NCBI GenBank assembly: GCA_041659685.1
Contig: JBAZXV010000007.1
Location: forward strand, 6,348 to 70,347
Reading direction: 5' to 3'
Origin: Parcubacteria group bacterium
GTDB lineage: Bacteria > Patescibacteriota > Minisyncoccia > Moranbacterales > UBA11712
DNA: 64,000 bases
The translations under genes were made by a program, and so were the position numbers. The notes below the pieces were generated by a model. The model searched no databases, was not told the DNA's origin, and saw only the letters and a program-made list of their open reading frames with translations. Positions 16,707-29,485 of this stretch are shown here, one piece after another; position 1 is the first letter of the stretch, and every line of letters begins with the position of its first letter.

Positions 16707-19529
16707 ATGAAAAAAACGCATCTCATCATAAAAGGAGCTCGGGTAAACAACTTAAAAAACGTCAGTGTTGAAATTCCCCGCGACAAGATGGTTGTCATAA
16801 CCGGTCTTTCCGGATCAGGAAAATCTTCGCTGGCTTTTGATACGATTTTTGCCGAAGGGCACCGCAGATATGTGGAAAACTTATCGGCCTACGCGCGCCA
16901 ATTCTTAAATGTGGCTAAGAAACCGGAAGTCGATAAAATCGAGAACCTGGCGCCGGTTATCGCCATAGATCAAACTAATATCAACAGGAGTCCCCGCTCG
17001 ACCGTTGGGACAATGACGGAGATTTACGATTATCTCCGTATTTTGTTCTCCAAAATCGGCGAGGCTCATTGTCCAAAATGCGGAAAGCTCCTCACTAAGA
17101 AACAATCAAACGAAGTCGCAAATGAAGTCATAGAAAGCGCAGAAGGGAAAAGCGTTCAGATGATTGTTATGGCGAGGCCTTCTGAAAAGAGAAAAAGCAT
17201 CCGGGAAACGCTTTTGGAATTCGGACAGCTGGGATACGCCCGCGCCAGAATAGGCGGAAAGGTAATGGCCATTAAGGATGCGATCAGACAGCCGGAAATT
17301 ACAAGCAGCGCTCTGTCTGCCGATCTTGTGATCGATCGAATCATAATAAACAGCAAATTTCAGGACAGGGAGAGGCTCATTGATTCAATCGAAACAGCCA
17401 TGAAGCTTGGAAAAGGAGAGGTAATTATCAGATTCGAAGACGAAGAAGAAGACAGGAAATATAACCGGTATATGATCTGTCCGGATTGCAATTTCGTGCT
17501 GGAGGAAATTACTCCGCGCCTTTTTTCTTTTAACAGCCCCGAAGGAGCCTGTCCTTCCTGTTTTGGGCTTGGAACAAAACTTGAAGTTGATGTCGACCAG
17601 GTTATTCCCAATAGAAATTTAAGCCTCAACGAAGGGGCGATTCGGCCGTGGAAAAACATGGGATCCCGCGGATTGAACCAGAACGGATATTTGAAGAGTC
17701 TGGAGAGGATTGCCAAAAAATATCGTTTTTCTCTTGATCAGCCGGTGAAGAAAATAAGTTCTGAGGCTCTAAAGGTGATACTTTTTGGCGAAAACGGAGA
17801 AAGCGGCATTGGAGAAAAAAGCAATTTTTCGGAGTACGAGGGCGTTGTTCCGATGATGCAGCGCAAATATAAAGGAGCAAATTCCGAATATATAAGGAGC
17901 GAAATTGAAAAATACATGATTGTTAAAATCTGTCCCGAATGCGCCGGGAAGAGACTGAGCGAAAAATCGCTTTCGGTTTTAGTGGACGGAATGTCGATTC
18001 ATGATTTTTCCGAAGTCAGCCTGGCCAATTTCAAGGAAAAATTTCTGGCCGTTGAAAAGAAAGACAGTATTTCGGAAGGCGACAGAAGGATTGTGAATGA
18101 AATATTCAGGGAAATTGATAAAACCATCATGAATTTGTGTGAAGCGGGACTGGGATACCTCAAGCTTTCCCGAAACGCCAATTCTCTTTCCGGCGGGGAA
18201 GCGCAGAGGGTGCGTCTCGCCACTCAAATCGGATCGGGACTCACGGGAATTCTTTATATTCTGGACGAGCCGTCTGTCGGTCTTCACGAAAGGGATACGG
18301 AAAGACTCATAGAAGTAATGAAAAAACTCAACAATGAAGGAAACAGCGTTATTGTGGTTGAACACGATCCTCAGATAATGAAGGCTGCCGATTGGATAAT
18401 TGACATGGGTCCGGGAGCGGGGGAGGAAGGCGGAAAAATTATTTTTTCAGGTACGTACAAAAAGATTTTCTCTTCCCAAACCGTAACCGGCCGATATCTC
18501 AGCGGCAAGAAAAAAGTTTTCAATAAAAAATCTTACCGCAAGGGAAAAGGAAAGGAGCTTGTGATTTTGGGCGCGGAAGAAAACAATCTGAAAAATATTG
18601 ACGTGGCAGTTCCTCTTGGGAAACTGGTTGTAATAGCAGGCGTTTCCGGCTCGGGAAAAAGTTCTCTTATGCAGGATATTTTAGGGAAGGCTCTGAGCCG
18701 TCATTTCTACGGGAGTAATAAGCTTCCCGGGAAGCACAAAAGGATAGCGGGAATCGAGCATGTTTCAAAGGTGATCAGTATCGACCAGTCGCCGATTGGG
18801 CGGACGCCCCGCTCGAACGCGGCGACCTATACGGGCGTATTTTCCCATATCAGGGACATATTTTCCGAAACTTCCGAAGCGGAAGCGCGCGGTTATACCC
18901 CTTCCCGGTTCAGCTTTAATATGAAAGGCGGGCGATGCGAGGTTTGCCAGGGAGAAGGGCAGAAAAAAATCGAAATGCATCTTCTTCCCGATATTTATAC
19001 TCCCTGTGAGGCTTGCCGGGGAACAAGATATAACCAAAAAACACTTGAGATTGAGTTTCGCGGAGTAAACATTGCCGAGGTGCTGGACATGAGCGTCAGT
19101 TATGCCCTTTCATTTTTTTCGAATTATTCGCTGGTTGCCGACAAACTCCAAACTCTTTGCGACGTCGGGCTGGGATATCTGAAACTTGGACAGTCCGCCA
19201 TGAATCTTTCAGGAGGGGAGGCTCAAAGGATAAAGCTGGCGACGGAACTGGCGCGCCGTACGGACGGGAAAGCGCTTTATATTTTGGACGAGCCCACTGT
19301 CGGACTTCATTTTGAAGACGTCGCAAAGCTTCTTCGAATTCTGGACGAGCTGGTTGAAAAAGGAAATACTGTTTTGGTCGTTGAACACAATCCGGACGTT
19401 ATTTCAAGCGCGGATTGGGTGATTGAGCTTGGTCCTGAGGGAGGAGAAGAGGGAGGAATGATAGTTTTTGAAGGGACGCCGAAGGAGCTCAAAAAAGCGA
19501 AAACCTGGACTGCTAAATATATGAAATAA
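16707..19529 (+). CDS. uvrA: excinuclease ABC subunit A
   Basis: 940 aa; two ABC ATPase modules ([22 protein letters not shown]), zinc-finger CxxC pairs, two LSGGEAQR signatures. Confidence 0.95.
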   Translation: MKKTHLIIKGARVNNLKNVSVEIPRDKMVVITGLSGSGKSSLAFDTIFAEGHRRYVENLSAYARQFLNVAKKPEVDKIENLAPVIAIDQTNINRSPRSTVGTMTEIYDYLRILFSKIGEAHCPKCGKLLTKKQSNEVANEVIESAEGKSVQMIVMARPSEKRKSIRETLLEFGQLGYARARIGGKVMAIKDAIRQPEITSSALSADLVIDRIIINSKFQDRERLIDSIETAMKLGKGEVIIRFEDEEEDRKYNRYMICPDCNFVLEEITPRLFSFNSPEGACPSCFGLGTKLEVDVDQVIPNRNLSLNEGAIRPWKNMGSRGLNQNGYLKSLERIAKKYRFSLDQPVKKISSEALKVILFGENGESGIGEKSNFSEYEGVVPMMQRKYKGANSEYIRSEIEKYMIVKICPECAGKRLSEKSLSVLVDGMSIHDFSEVSLANFKEKFLAVEKKDSISEGDRRIVNEIFREIDKTIMNLCEAGLGYLKLSRNANSLSGGEAQRVRLATQIGSGLTGILYILDEPSVGLHERDTERLIEVMKKLNNEGNSVIVVEHDPQIMKAADWIIDMGPGAGEEGGKIIFSGTYKKIFSSQTVTGRYLSGKKKVFNKKSYRKGKGKELVILGAEENNLKNIDVAVPLGKLVVIAGVSGSGKSSLMQDILGKALSRHFYGSNKLPGKHKRIAGIEHVSKVISIDQSPIGRTPRSNAATYTGVFSHIRDIFSETSEAEARGYTPSRFSFNMKGGRCEVCQGEGQKKIEMHLLPDIYTPCEACRGTRYNQKTLEIEFRGVNIAEVLDMSVSYALSFFSNYSLVADKLQTLCDVGLGYLKLGQSAMNLSGGEAQRIKLATELARRTDGKALYILDEPTVGLHFEDVAKLLRILDELVEKGNTVLVVEHNPDVISSADWVIELGPEGGEEGGMIVFEGTPKELKKAKTWTAKYMK

Positions 19530-19585
19530 TTTTCAATTATCAATTATATCGTTTAAAATTGATCATTGGAAATTGAAAACTGGCC

Positions 19586-20566
19586 GTGGACGATGTTGAA
19601 AATATCAGAAAGAATATACTTTCAACGCTTATTTATTACAATATCCTTGATTTTCCTCTCACTTCTTTTGAAATCTGGAAATATCTAACCGCTGCGAAAG
19701 GAGATGCAGGCGAAAAAAAGAAAGTTTCACTGGGGGATATATATGGGGTTCTGGAGAGCGGGAAACTTGGAAATCGCATTGAAGAATATCGCGGTTTTTA
19801 TTTTCTGCGCGGGCGGAAAAAATTAGTCGGGATCAGGATTCAAAACGATAAGAATTCCATTGAAAAGCTGAAAATTTCTGAAAAAGTTGCCTGGTGGCTG
19901 AGATTCGCGCCTTTTGTCCGGATGGTGGCGGTCACCGGAACGCTTGCGATGAAAAATACCGAACCGGAAAGCGACATTGATTATTTCATTATTTTGAAAA
20001 AAGGCAGAATTTTTACGGGAAGATTATTAGTGACGGCAATGGCGCATATTCTGGGGCGGAGAAGGCATGGAAGAAAAATAAAAAACCGGATCTGCCTTAA
20101 TTATTATATTGCGGACAATAGTCTTGAGATTAAGCGCCAGGATCTTTTTGCGGCTAACGAATATACCTTTGTCTTTCCCCTTTACGGATTTTATTTATTC
20201 CGAAAATTTTTGGCAGAGAATGCCGGATGGATAAGAAAATATAAGCCGAATTGGGAAATACCTGAAATTGCGCCGGCGAGATATTATGTCGGAAAATCCA
20301 GTTCGAGCCGATTGCTTCAAAAAGCCGGAGAAACCTTGATAAATTCCCTTGGAGGCGATAGAATAGAAGCCTGGCTGAAAAGAAAACAGATTAATCGGAT
20401 AGAGGGCAATATACTCACAAAAAAAGAAGGGGCATATGTCGAAGCGGACGATTATAATTTGATTTTTTTGCCTGAACCGCAGGGGCCAAGAATAGAAGAG
20501 AAATATGAGACCGTTGCGGGAGAAATATATTCAGAGAATATCTCTTACGACGAATCATTCGGCTGA
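19586..20566 (+). CDS. hypothetical protein with Pol-beta-superfamily nucleotidyltransferase core
   Basis: VAVTGTLAMKNTEPESDIDYFII fits the G[ST]x9-13DxD minimal nucleotidyltransferase motif; rest unassigned. Confidence 0.4.
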   Translation: MDDVENIRKNILSTLIYYNILDFPLTSFEIWKYLTAAKGDAGEKKKVSLGDIYGVLESGKLGNRIEEYRGFYFLRGRKKLVGIRIQNDKNSIEKLKISEKVAWWLRFAPFVRMVAVTGTLAMKNTEPESDIDYFIILKKGRIFTGRLLVTAMAHILGRRRHGRKIKNRICLNYYIADNSLEIKRQDLFAANEYTFVFPLYGFYLFRKFLAENAGWIRKYKPNWEIPEIAPARYYVGKSSSSRLLQKAGETLINSLGGDRIEAWLKRKQINRIEGNILTKKEGAYVEADDYNLIFLPEPQGPRIEEKYETVAGEIYSENISYDESFG

Positions 20567-20608
20567 AAAGTTGACAGAAAAAATATTTTTTCTATAATAA
20601 TCATTGGA

Positions 20609-20635
20609 TTGGCAGTCTCTGTCTTCGAGTGCCAA
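20609..20635 (+). promoter_or_regulatory. CIRCE-like HrcA operator upstream of groEL
   Basis: TTGGCAGTC-N9-GAGTGCCAA vs consensus TTAGCACTC-N9-GAGTGCTAA; TATAAT-like box just upstream at 20594-20599. Confidence 0.55.
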
Positions 20636-20694
20636 TGCAATAGGATTTACGAATTATGGTTTATGATTTATGAATTTTTTCTCATAAATCGTAA

Positions 20695-22476
<1,782 letters not shown>

Positions 22477-22517
22477 GCCGGCAAACAATAAGTAATTTAG
22501 TCCGGCGGGATATATCA

Positions 22518-22550
22518 AACAGGGACTGCGAGAGCAGTCTCTGTTTTTTT
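22518..22550 (+). terminator. rho-independent terminator after groEL
   Basis: aacagggactgc-gaga-gcagtctctgtt followed by a T7 run. Confidence 0.6.
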
Positions 22551-22673
22551 GGAAATATTTTTTGTCTTTGCGGTGTATAAATTATGAAACGGCTTTTTAT
22601 TATTAATTTAATTTTTTGAATCCAGGCTTAACGATATTTATTCAATTAAGCCGCGTTCAGGAGAGCAACGCAT

Positions 22674-23048
22674 ATGCCAAGAATTATACATTTTGAAATT
22701 CCAGCCAGTGATCCCGAAAAGACAGCCAAATTTTATACGGACACGTTCGGTTGGGAGATTAAGAAGTGGGACGGGCCGATGGATTATTGGCTTGTGATGA
22801 CGGGTGACAAGGCGAAGCCCGGAATCGACGGGGGAATTTATAAAAGAGACGAGAAGATGAGGGAAGTCGTGAACACGCTCGATGTGCCGGATATTAAGGA
22901 GTATGTCGAAAAAGTGAAGCAAAGCGGCGGAACTGTGACGGGAGAAATTCAAGAAATTCCGGGAGTGGGAATGTTTGTATATGCCATGGATCCTGAAGGG
23001 AACAAATTTGGCATGATGCAGTCTTTTCCGGATGCGAAGATGGCCTAG
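22674..23048 (+). CDS. VOC-family protein (glyoxalase/bleomycin-resistance fold)
   Basis: 124 aa; N-terminal IIHFEIPASDPEKTAKFYTDTFGWEI typical of glyoxalase-like proteins. Confidence 0.7.
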   Translation: MPRIIHFEIPASDPEKTAKFYTDTFGWEIKKWDGPMDYWLVMTGDKAKPGIDGGIYKRDEKMREVVNTLDVPDIKEYVEKVKQSGGTVTGEIQEIPGVGMFVYAMDPEGNKFGMMQSFPDAKMA

Positions 23049-23163
23049 GGAAGTATTTTTTGTATAAGTTTAAAAAAGTCTGCAGGCAAATTATGACCGG
23101 CGGGCTTTTGTTTTTATCAGAAAATCTGTATATTGAAAATATAATCGTCTAAGGAGCATTATT

Positions 23164-24771
23164 ATGAAAAAAACGGCGTTGATCTCGGTTTACGAGAAAG
23201 AAGACGTAGAAAAATTTGCGAAAGACTTGGTGGAAATGGGATGGGAAATCATTTCTTCGGGGGGGACGGCGAAATATTTGGCGGAACACGGGGTAAAGAC
23301 GAGGAATACTTCTGAAATTTCTGGGGGGGAAGCGATATTGGGGCACAGGGTGGTTACTTTGTCGCGCGAAATCCATGCCGGACTTTTGGCAAGACCCGAT
23401 GTTTCCGAAGATATGACGGAACTTGAAAAACTTAAAATCCCGTTTATTGATTTGGTTTGCGTCGATTTATATCCTCTCGAAGATGCAATTTCAAAAACCG
23501 ACGCCAGTTACGAATCTGTGATTGAACTTACTGATATCGGAGGGCCGACTCTTCTCCGCTCCGGGGCAAAAGGCGGAAGAATTGTCATCTGCGATCCGGA
23601 AGATCGGGAAAAAGCCATAGCAAAACTGAAAACCGAAGAGGGAATCAGCAAAGAGGAAAGGATCGAACTCGCGGCGAAAGCCGAACATATCATATCCGAG
23701 TACTGTCTTCATTCGGCGAAATTTCATTCGAAGGAAAAATATTCCGGATTCGCCGGAAGACAAATTTTGGAAACTTTATACGGAGAAAATCCCCAGCAAA
23801 TGCCGGGAAAACTGTACGCGACGGAGAATAAAGATCCGCTGGCGCTGGATAAATTTCAGATTCTTACCGAAATGGCGCCGAGCTTCAATAATACCTGCGA
23901 CATTGACCGGATGCTCCAGGCCATGACGCATATCGCGGCGGCGTTCGACACAAACAATATCTCTGCCAAATATTTCGGCGTTGCCGTGAAACACGGCAAT
24001 TGCTGCGGCGCGGCTTATGGCGACGACAAAATTAATGTCATCAAAAAAGTCGTCGAAGGCGATCCCCGGGCTATTTTTGGAGGTCTTGCAATGTTTAATT
24101 TTGATTTAGATGAGGAAGAGGCGGAAACGCTTCTGACGCATCTCATGGAAGAAGGGCGCAGGAGATTGCTGGACGGAGTCGCGGCGGCCGGTTTTTCGGA
24201 AAAGGCTTTGGAAATCGCCAGGCGGAAAAAAGACAAGTGCCGCTTTATCGTTAATCAGGCGCTTTCCCATTTAGGCAGAAACAGCCTTGATGCGTCTGCA
24301 AGATTCCGTTATGTCCGCGGAGGATTTCTCTGTCAGCCTAATTATACTTTTGTCCTGGATTTATCAAATCCGGAAATTAAAATATACGGAAATCTGGAAG
24401 ATTCGATGAAGAGCGATCTTTTGCTGGCCTGGGCCGTTTCAAGCACCTCTAATTCGAATACAATCACTTTGGCGAAAGATGGCGGACTGATCGGCAATGG
24501 CGTCGGACAGCAGGATCGCGTGGGATGCGCCGAGCTGGCAATAAAACGGGCCAGAGACGCAAAGCATGAAATTCAGGGGTCTGCGGCGGCAAGCGACAGC
24601 TTCTTTCCATTTTCTGATGCGCCCGAGGCCCTGGTGAATGCCGGCGTAAAAGCGATATTTTCGACCTCAGGATCAGTCGGAGACGAGAAAGTTCGAAAGG
24701 CGCTTCTTGGCAGAGAAATTGCCATCATTCAGTTCCCCGACAGGCTTTCCAGAGGTTTTTTCGGGCACTAG
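23164..24771 (+). CDS. purH: bifunctional AICAR formyltransferase / IMP cyclohydrolase
   Basis: N-terminal MGS-like domain (ALISVYEKEDV...GWEIISSGGTAKYL), C-terminal AICARFT domain; 535 aa. Confidence 0.85.
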   Translation: MKKTALISVYEKEDVEKFAKDLVEMGWEIISSGGTAKYLAEHGVKTRNTSEISGGEAILGHRVVTLSREIHAGLLARPDVSEDMTELEKLKIPFIDLVCVDLYPLEDAISKTDASYESVIELTDIGGPTLLRSGAKGGRIVICDPEDREKAIAKLKTEEGISKEERIELAAKAEHIISEYCLHSAKFHSKEKYSGFAGRQILETLYGENPQQMPGKLYATENKDPLALDKFQILTEMAPSFNNTCDIDRMLQAMTHIAAAFDTNNISAKYFGVAVKHGNCCGAAYGDDKINVIKKVVEGDPRAIFGGLAMFNFDLDEEEAETLLTHLMEEGRRRLLDGVAAAGFSEKALEIARRKKDKCRFIVNQALSHLGRNSLDASARFRYVRGGFLCQPNYTFVLDLSNPEIKIYGNLEDSMKSDLLLAWAVSSTSNSNTITLAKDGGLIGNGVGQQDRVGCAELAIKRARDAKHEIQGSAAASDSFFPFSDAPEALVNAGVKAIFSTSGSVGDEKVRKALLGREIAIIQFPDRLSRGFFGH

Positions 24772-24851
24772 GAACGGAAACCGGATAATCCTTCAGTATA
24801 ATTGCGTTCTGTGGTATAATAAGGGCATAAATATTAAAATAAAAATGAAAA

Positions 24852-25808
24852 ATGTATTGGAAGATCTTAGATGATTTCAACTTTATTTCGCGGTGCAAGA
24901 AGTATCGGATAGGTCTCTGGCAATGCCCTAATTTTCTTTTTATAGTAATGGCCGTGATCACTATTGCGGCTATGCTCGGCACAAATTATATCTCCAAGTT
25001 TTATGATGACGAAACCGTGACCATCCTGAGTGTCAGCGGAGTCGCGATTTTAATATTGGTGATCGGAAATTTTATTATTCGCGGAGTCGAAAAAATCGCG
25101 GAAGCCAATATTATGAAAAGCGAATTTATTTCAATAATATCGCATCAGCTTTGCAGCCCCCTGTCGGCGATAAAATGGAATCTCGAGGTATTGGAAACGG
25201 AAAAGGAGGGAGAAGAAATCAAAATGACGCCAAAGCAGCTGCTGTTTCTGGGAAACATCAAAAAATCAAATGAAAAGATGCTGAAACTAGTCAATGATCT
25301 TCTGGAAGTAATAAGGATCGACCAAGGACGTTCAGTTTTCGCCAAAGAAAATGTCAGCCTTGCCCAATTGGTAAAAGAAGTAATCATTGATCTGGAATAT
25401 CTGTGGGGAATCAAAGGCGTGAAAATTAATCTGGAGAATAATTCTTCTCTTCCGAGAGTTTTCGTTGATCCCAAAAAGATGAAAATAGTAATGGAAAATC
25501 TTATGGGGAACGCTATAAAATATTCAAATGATGACAGCGAAATTAATGTAATTCTTAAATCTGACGGGAAAAAGGTAATGTTTATCGTTGAGGATCATGG
25601 AGCGGGAATTCCGCATTATCAGCATGACAAGGTTTTTGAGAAATTCTTTCGTTCCAATAATTCCTCCAAATATAGGACTGAGGGAGTGGGCCTGGGACTT
25701 TATCTCGTCAAGGCGATTCTTAAAAATTTTGAGGGAGAGGTCTGGTTTGAAAGCGAACTGAACAAAGGATCGACGTTTTATGTCAGTTTGCCTGTAACGC
25801 GCGGTTGA
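24852..25808 (+). CDS. sensor histidine kinase (2 TM, HisKA + HATPase_c)
   Basis: H-box SIISHQLCSPLSAI; N/G boxes (NLMGNAIKYS, DHGAGIP, GVGLGLYL). Confidence 0.8.
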   Translation: MYWKILDDFNFISRCKKYRIGLWQCPNFLFIVMAVITIAAMLGTNYISKFYDDETVTILSVSGVAILILVIGNFIIRGVEKIAEANIMKSEFISIISHQLCSPLSAIKWNLEVLETEKEGEEIKMTPKQLLFLGNIKKSNEKMLKLVNDLLEVIRIDQGRSVFAKENVSLAQLVKEVIIDLEYLWGIKGVKINLENNSSLPRVFVDPKKMKIVMENLMGNAIKYSNDDSEINVILKSDGKKVMFIVEDHGAGIPHYQHDKVFEKFFRSNNSSKYRTEGVGLGLYLVKAILKNFEGEVWFESELNKGSTFYVSLPVTRG

Positions 25809-25861
25809 TTAGCCGATGTTTCGAATTAAGTTTAAAAAGATAAAAAGTAAATTATAAAGGT

Positions 25862-26242
25862 ATGGACGAGCAAGCTTCAAAAAAAATCCTCATCGTCGAA
25901 GACGACCGGTCTCTCCAGAATGCTCTGTCGGAAATGCTTAACCAGGAAGGATATGAAATAGTTTGCGCCTTTGACGGAGAAGAGGCGCTTGAGAAGATAA
26001 AGGAAGAAAATTTTGATCTTGTTCTTCTTGATATCATACTTCCCAAAAAGGACGGTTATGAGGTGCTGGCTGAAATAAAAAAGAGCGAGAAAAAGGATGT
26101 TCCCGTCCTGATTCTCACCAATCTTGAGGAAGTTGATAATGTCCAGAAAGCTCTTTCTTTGGGAGCAACGACTTTTATGGTAAAATCGGATTTCAGCCTC
26201 AAGGATGTTTTGGAAAAAATAAAAGAAAACTTAAAGCAATAA
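25862..26242 (+). CDS. single-domain response regulator (CheY-like receiver)
   Basis: ILIVEDD...LVLLDIILP...TFMVKS receiver signature; no output domain. Confidence 0.85.
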   Translation: MDEQASKKILIVEDDRSLQNALSEMLNQEGYEIVCAFDGEEALEKIKEENFDLVLLDIILPKKDGYEVLAEIKKSEKKDVPVLILTNLEEVDNVQKALSLGATTFMVKSDFSLKDVLEKIKENLKQ

Positions 26243-26321
26243 CGGTTGGAAAAATTTGAGATGAAAATAATTTGTCTTCGGCTGAGCTCTTGCTTTAACG
26301 CGAATTTCGACAAAAAACAAA

Positions 26322-28061
26322 ATGAGAGTCGATAACGAAAGATTAAAAATTTTTATCCTGGACGCAGGGCTTCTTAAGGAGGAGGCTGTCGACCAGGCCA
26401 TCGAAGAAGGGAAAAATTCCGGGAAACGCCTCGGCGATATTTTGGTTGAGAAAAAACTTCTTGATCAAAACCAATTGCGTCAGCTATATTCCTATATTCT
26501 TGGCATTCCTTTTGTGAATTTGGAAAAAGAGATAATTCCAAAAGAGATTCTCCAGATTATCCCTGAGCCGATTGCAAAAAAATATCAGATCGTGGCTTTC
26601 AAGAAAACAGGTACGGAGCTCAAAGTTGCCATGCTCAACCCGGAGGATCTTCAGACGATTGATTTTATCAGAAAAAAAACGGGCCTTAAAATTTCTCCGT
26701 GCATTACGACTGAGGAGGGGATAGGCAACGCCCTTAAGCAATATGAGCAGAGCCTAAAAGCGGAATTCGGGGACATAATCGACAAGAACTCCCAGGAAGT
26801 TTCGAAAGAAGGGTCCCTTGAAAAGGTCGCCCAGGATCTTCCGGTGATTCGAATTGTCGATACGCTCCTTAAGCACGCAATTATTCAAGAGGCGAGCGAC
26901 ATCCACATCGAGCCTGACGAAAAGGAAGTCCGGGTTCGTTACCGGATAGACGGAATATTGCATGACGCCATGACCCTTCCCAGGGCGGTTATTGACGGGA
27001 TTGTGGCCAGAATTAAAATTCTTTCCAACTTGAAGCTTGATGAACGGCGTCTGCCGCAGGACGGGCGGTTTAAGATTGAGCAGGACGGGCGAAGGATAGC
27101 CTTTCGTGTCTCGATTCTGCCGGTTTATTCGGGCGAAAAGGTGGTGATGAGGCTTTTGGACGAATCTTCGAAGGGTCTCACTCTTGAGGGGATGGGGCTC
27201 TGGGGAAACTCGCTGGAGATTATTCATCAAGCGATAAAAAAACCCAACGGAATGCTTCTCGTGACCGGCCCGACAGGATCAGGAAAAACAACCACTCTCT
27301 ATACCGTGATGGACATCCTCAACACGCCCCAGGTCAATATTTCTACCGTGGAAGACCCGATTGAATATAAGATGTTTCGCATTAACCAAACTCAGGTCAG
27401 CCCCTCTATCGGACTGACTTTTTCCCAGGGTCTCCGGGCTCTTCTCCGGCAGGACCCTGACATCATTATGGTCGGGGAAATTCGGGATAAGGAAACAATG
27501 GAAATTGCCATCCATTCGGCTATGACCGGACATCTGGTGCTTTCGACGCTTCATACGAATAGCGCTGCAGGTACGATTCCGAGGCTTCTCGATATGGGGG
27601 CGGAGCCTTTTCTTATCGCTTCGACTATAAATGTCGTAATGGCACAACGGCTCGTAAGGAAGCTTTGTCCGGATTGCCGGCAGCCCTATAATCTTGACGC
27701 TGAACTGATAAACTCGCTCAAAAACCAGCTGGATCTCGAAAGAATTTTCAATTTGGCTGCAAAAAACAATATGCTCGATAAAAACTTACTTGAGCAAAAA
27801 GACTGGTCCCGGATCACTTTTTATCGTCCGGGAGGATGTGCAAGATGCCGGCAGGAAGGATATAAGGGTAGAATTGGAATTTTTGAGGTTATCGAAATCG
27901 ATGAAAATATTTCACAAATGATCGCCAAGATGGCCAGCAGCGAAGATATTGAGAAAAAAGCCCAGGAAAAGGGAATGATAAGGATGATCGAGGACGGAAT
28001 AATAAAAACAATTCAGGGCACCACTTCGATTGAAGAAATATTGAGAGTGACGAAAGATTAA
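26322..28061 (+). CDS. pilB: type IV pilus assembly ATPase PilB (GspE family) with N-terminal GSPII_E_N domain
   Basis: Walker A GPTGSGKTTT, Asp/His boxes, tetracysteine CPDC...CARC; 579 aa. Confidence 0.9.
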   Translation: MRVDNERLKIFILDAGLLKEEAVDQAIEEGKNSGKRLGDILVEKKLLDQNQLRQLYSYILGIPFVNLEKEIIPKEILQIIPEPIAKKYQIVAFKKTGTELKVAMLNPEDLQTIDFIRKKTGLKISPCITTEEGIGNALKQYEQSLKAEFGDIIDKNSQEVSKEGSLEKVAQDLPVIRIVDTLLKHAIIQEASDIHIEPDEKEVRVRYRIDGILHDAMTLPRAVIDGIVARIKILSNLKLDERRLPQDGRFKIEQDGRRIAFRVSILPVYSGEKVVMRLLDESSKGLTLEGMGLWGNSLEIIHQAIKKPNGMLLVTGPTGSGKTTTLYTVMDILNTPQVNISTVEDPIEYKMFRINQTQVSPSIGLTFSQGLRALLRQDPDIIMVGEIRDKETMEIAIHSAMTGHLVLSTLHTNSAAGTIPRLLDMGAEPFLIASTINVVMAQRLVRKLCPDCRQPYNLDAELINSLKNQLDLERIFNLAAKNNMLDKNLLEQKDWSRITFYRPGGCARCRQEGYKGRIGIFEVIEIDENISQMIAKMASSEDIEKKAQEKGMIRMIEDGIIKTIQGTTSIEEILRVTKD

Positions 28062-28072
28062 TTTTTATAATT

Positions 28073-29299
28073 TTGAATTATCTTATGCCCCAATTCACCT
28101 TCATAGCCAAAAACAGCAAGGGGGAAATAAAGAACGGGGAAATAGAAGGAAGGGACAAAAGATCCATTGTGGAAAATCTGCGATCGGAAGGTTTTTTCGT
28201 AACTGCTATCGAGGAAAAAGACAAAATAGGAAAGGATGATAAAAAAACAAGGGGCGGGTTTTTCTCGGGAGTGTCGCTCAAGGATAAAATGATGTTTGCG
28301 CGGCATCTCGGAGTGATGCTCGCTTCCGGCCTTTCTCTTCCGAAAGCGCTCAAAGTCATCAGCAACCAAACAGGAAATAAAAAATTCCGCCGGATCCTTT
28401 CGGAGCTCGAAAATGACATCAAGACCGGAAACAGTTTGGCAAACAGTCTGGAAAAATACCCGGTTTTTGACGAACTCTCAGTCAATATGATAAGAGTCGG
28501 GGAGGCGGGCGGAAATATGGAAGAGGTGCTCGGCCTCTTGGCCGACCAATTGGAAAAAGAACACAATCTTCTGAGCAAAGTCAGGGGCGCCATGTACTAT
28601 CCTTCCGTGATTCTCTTGGTGATGATCGGTGTCGGGATCGCAATGATGATTTATGTGGTTCCGAAGCTGACAACGGTTTTTTCCGATATTTCCAGCAGTT
28701 TGCCGCTCTCTACCCGGATGATAATCGCATCAAGCAACTACATGGCGAGCCATCAGCTGATAGTAATTTCCGGGATCGTGCTGCTGGCTGCAGTTTTGGT
28801 TGCTTTCTTCAAAACATCAACAGGAAAAAAAATATCAAGCCTAATTTTTTTTAAGGCTCCGGTAATAAAAAATGTAGTTATTAAAGTCAACAACGCCCGA
28901 TTTGCAAGGATATACAGTTCATTGACGAAGAGCGGAGTGCCGGTTGTTGAATCTCTAAAAATAATATCACGCACTTTGACAAACAATGCCTACCAGAAAG
29001 CTTTTCGGGATATAAGTGAAGATGTTCAAAGAGGAAAACCGCTTCATGAGGAGCTGGCAAGATATCCCAAACTTTTTCCGATTCTTGTCATGCAAATGGT
29101 TGAGGTGGGTGAAGAAACGGGAAAAACCGTCGAAGTCCTTACGAATCTCGCCCATTTTTATGAAGATGAAGTCGATCAGCTTACAAAAAACCTCTCTTCC
29201 ATCATTGAGCCGGTATTAATGGTTATTATCGGATCGGCAGTTGGTTTTTTTGCCATCTCGATGATTATGCCAATGTATTCGGTGATGGAAAATATGTAG
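28073..29299 (+). CDS. pilC: type IV pilus platform protein PilC (GspF family)
   Basis: 408 aa, two T2SSF repeats, 3 TM. Confidence 0.9.
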   Translation: MNYLMPQFTFIAKNSKGEIKNGEIEGRDKRSIVENLRSEGFFVTAIEEKDKIGKDDKKTRGGFFSGVSLKDKMMFARHLGVMLASGLSLPKALKVISNQTGNKKFRRILSELENDIKTGNSLANSLEKYPVFDELSVNMIRVGEAGGNMEEVLGLLADQLEKEHNLLSKVRGAMYYPSVILLVMIGVGIAMMIYVVPKLTTVFSDISSSLPLSTRMIIASSNYMASHQLIVISGIVLLAAVLVAFFKTSTGKKISSLIFFKAPVIKNVVIKVNNARFARIYSSLTKSGVPVVESLKIISRTLTNNAYQKAFRDISEDVQRGKPLHEELARYPKLFPILVMQMVEVGEETGKTVEVLTNLAHFYEDEVDQLTKNLSSIIEPVLMVIIGSAVGFFAISMIMPMYSVMENM

Positions 29300-29485
29300 G
29301 CATATTGTGAATTTTTTCACGATATCAAGTTTCTGGTTTCTAATAATCAACTTCCAAATGAGTTCCAATGACCAAAATTAAAATCGCCGAAAATTTCGGG
29401 TTTTGGCAATTGAATATTTAAACTTAGTTGATATTTAGTTTCCGATAATTGGAGTTTTAAAGGGATTCATGTTCACAGAAATATA

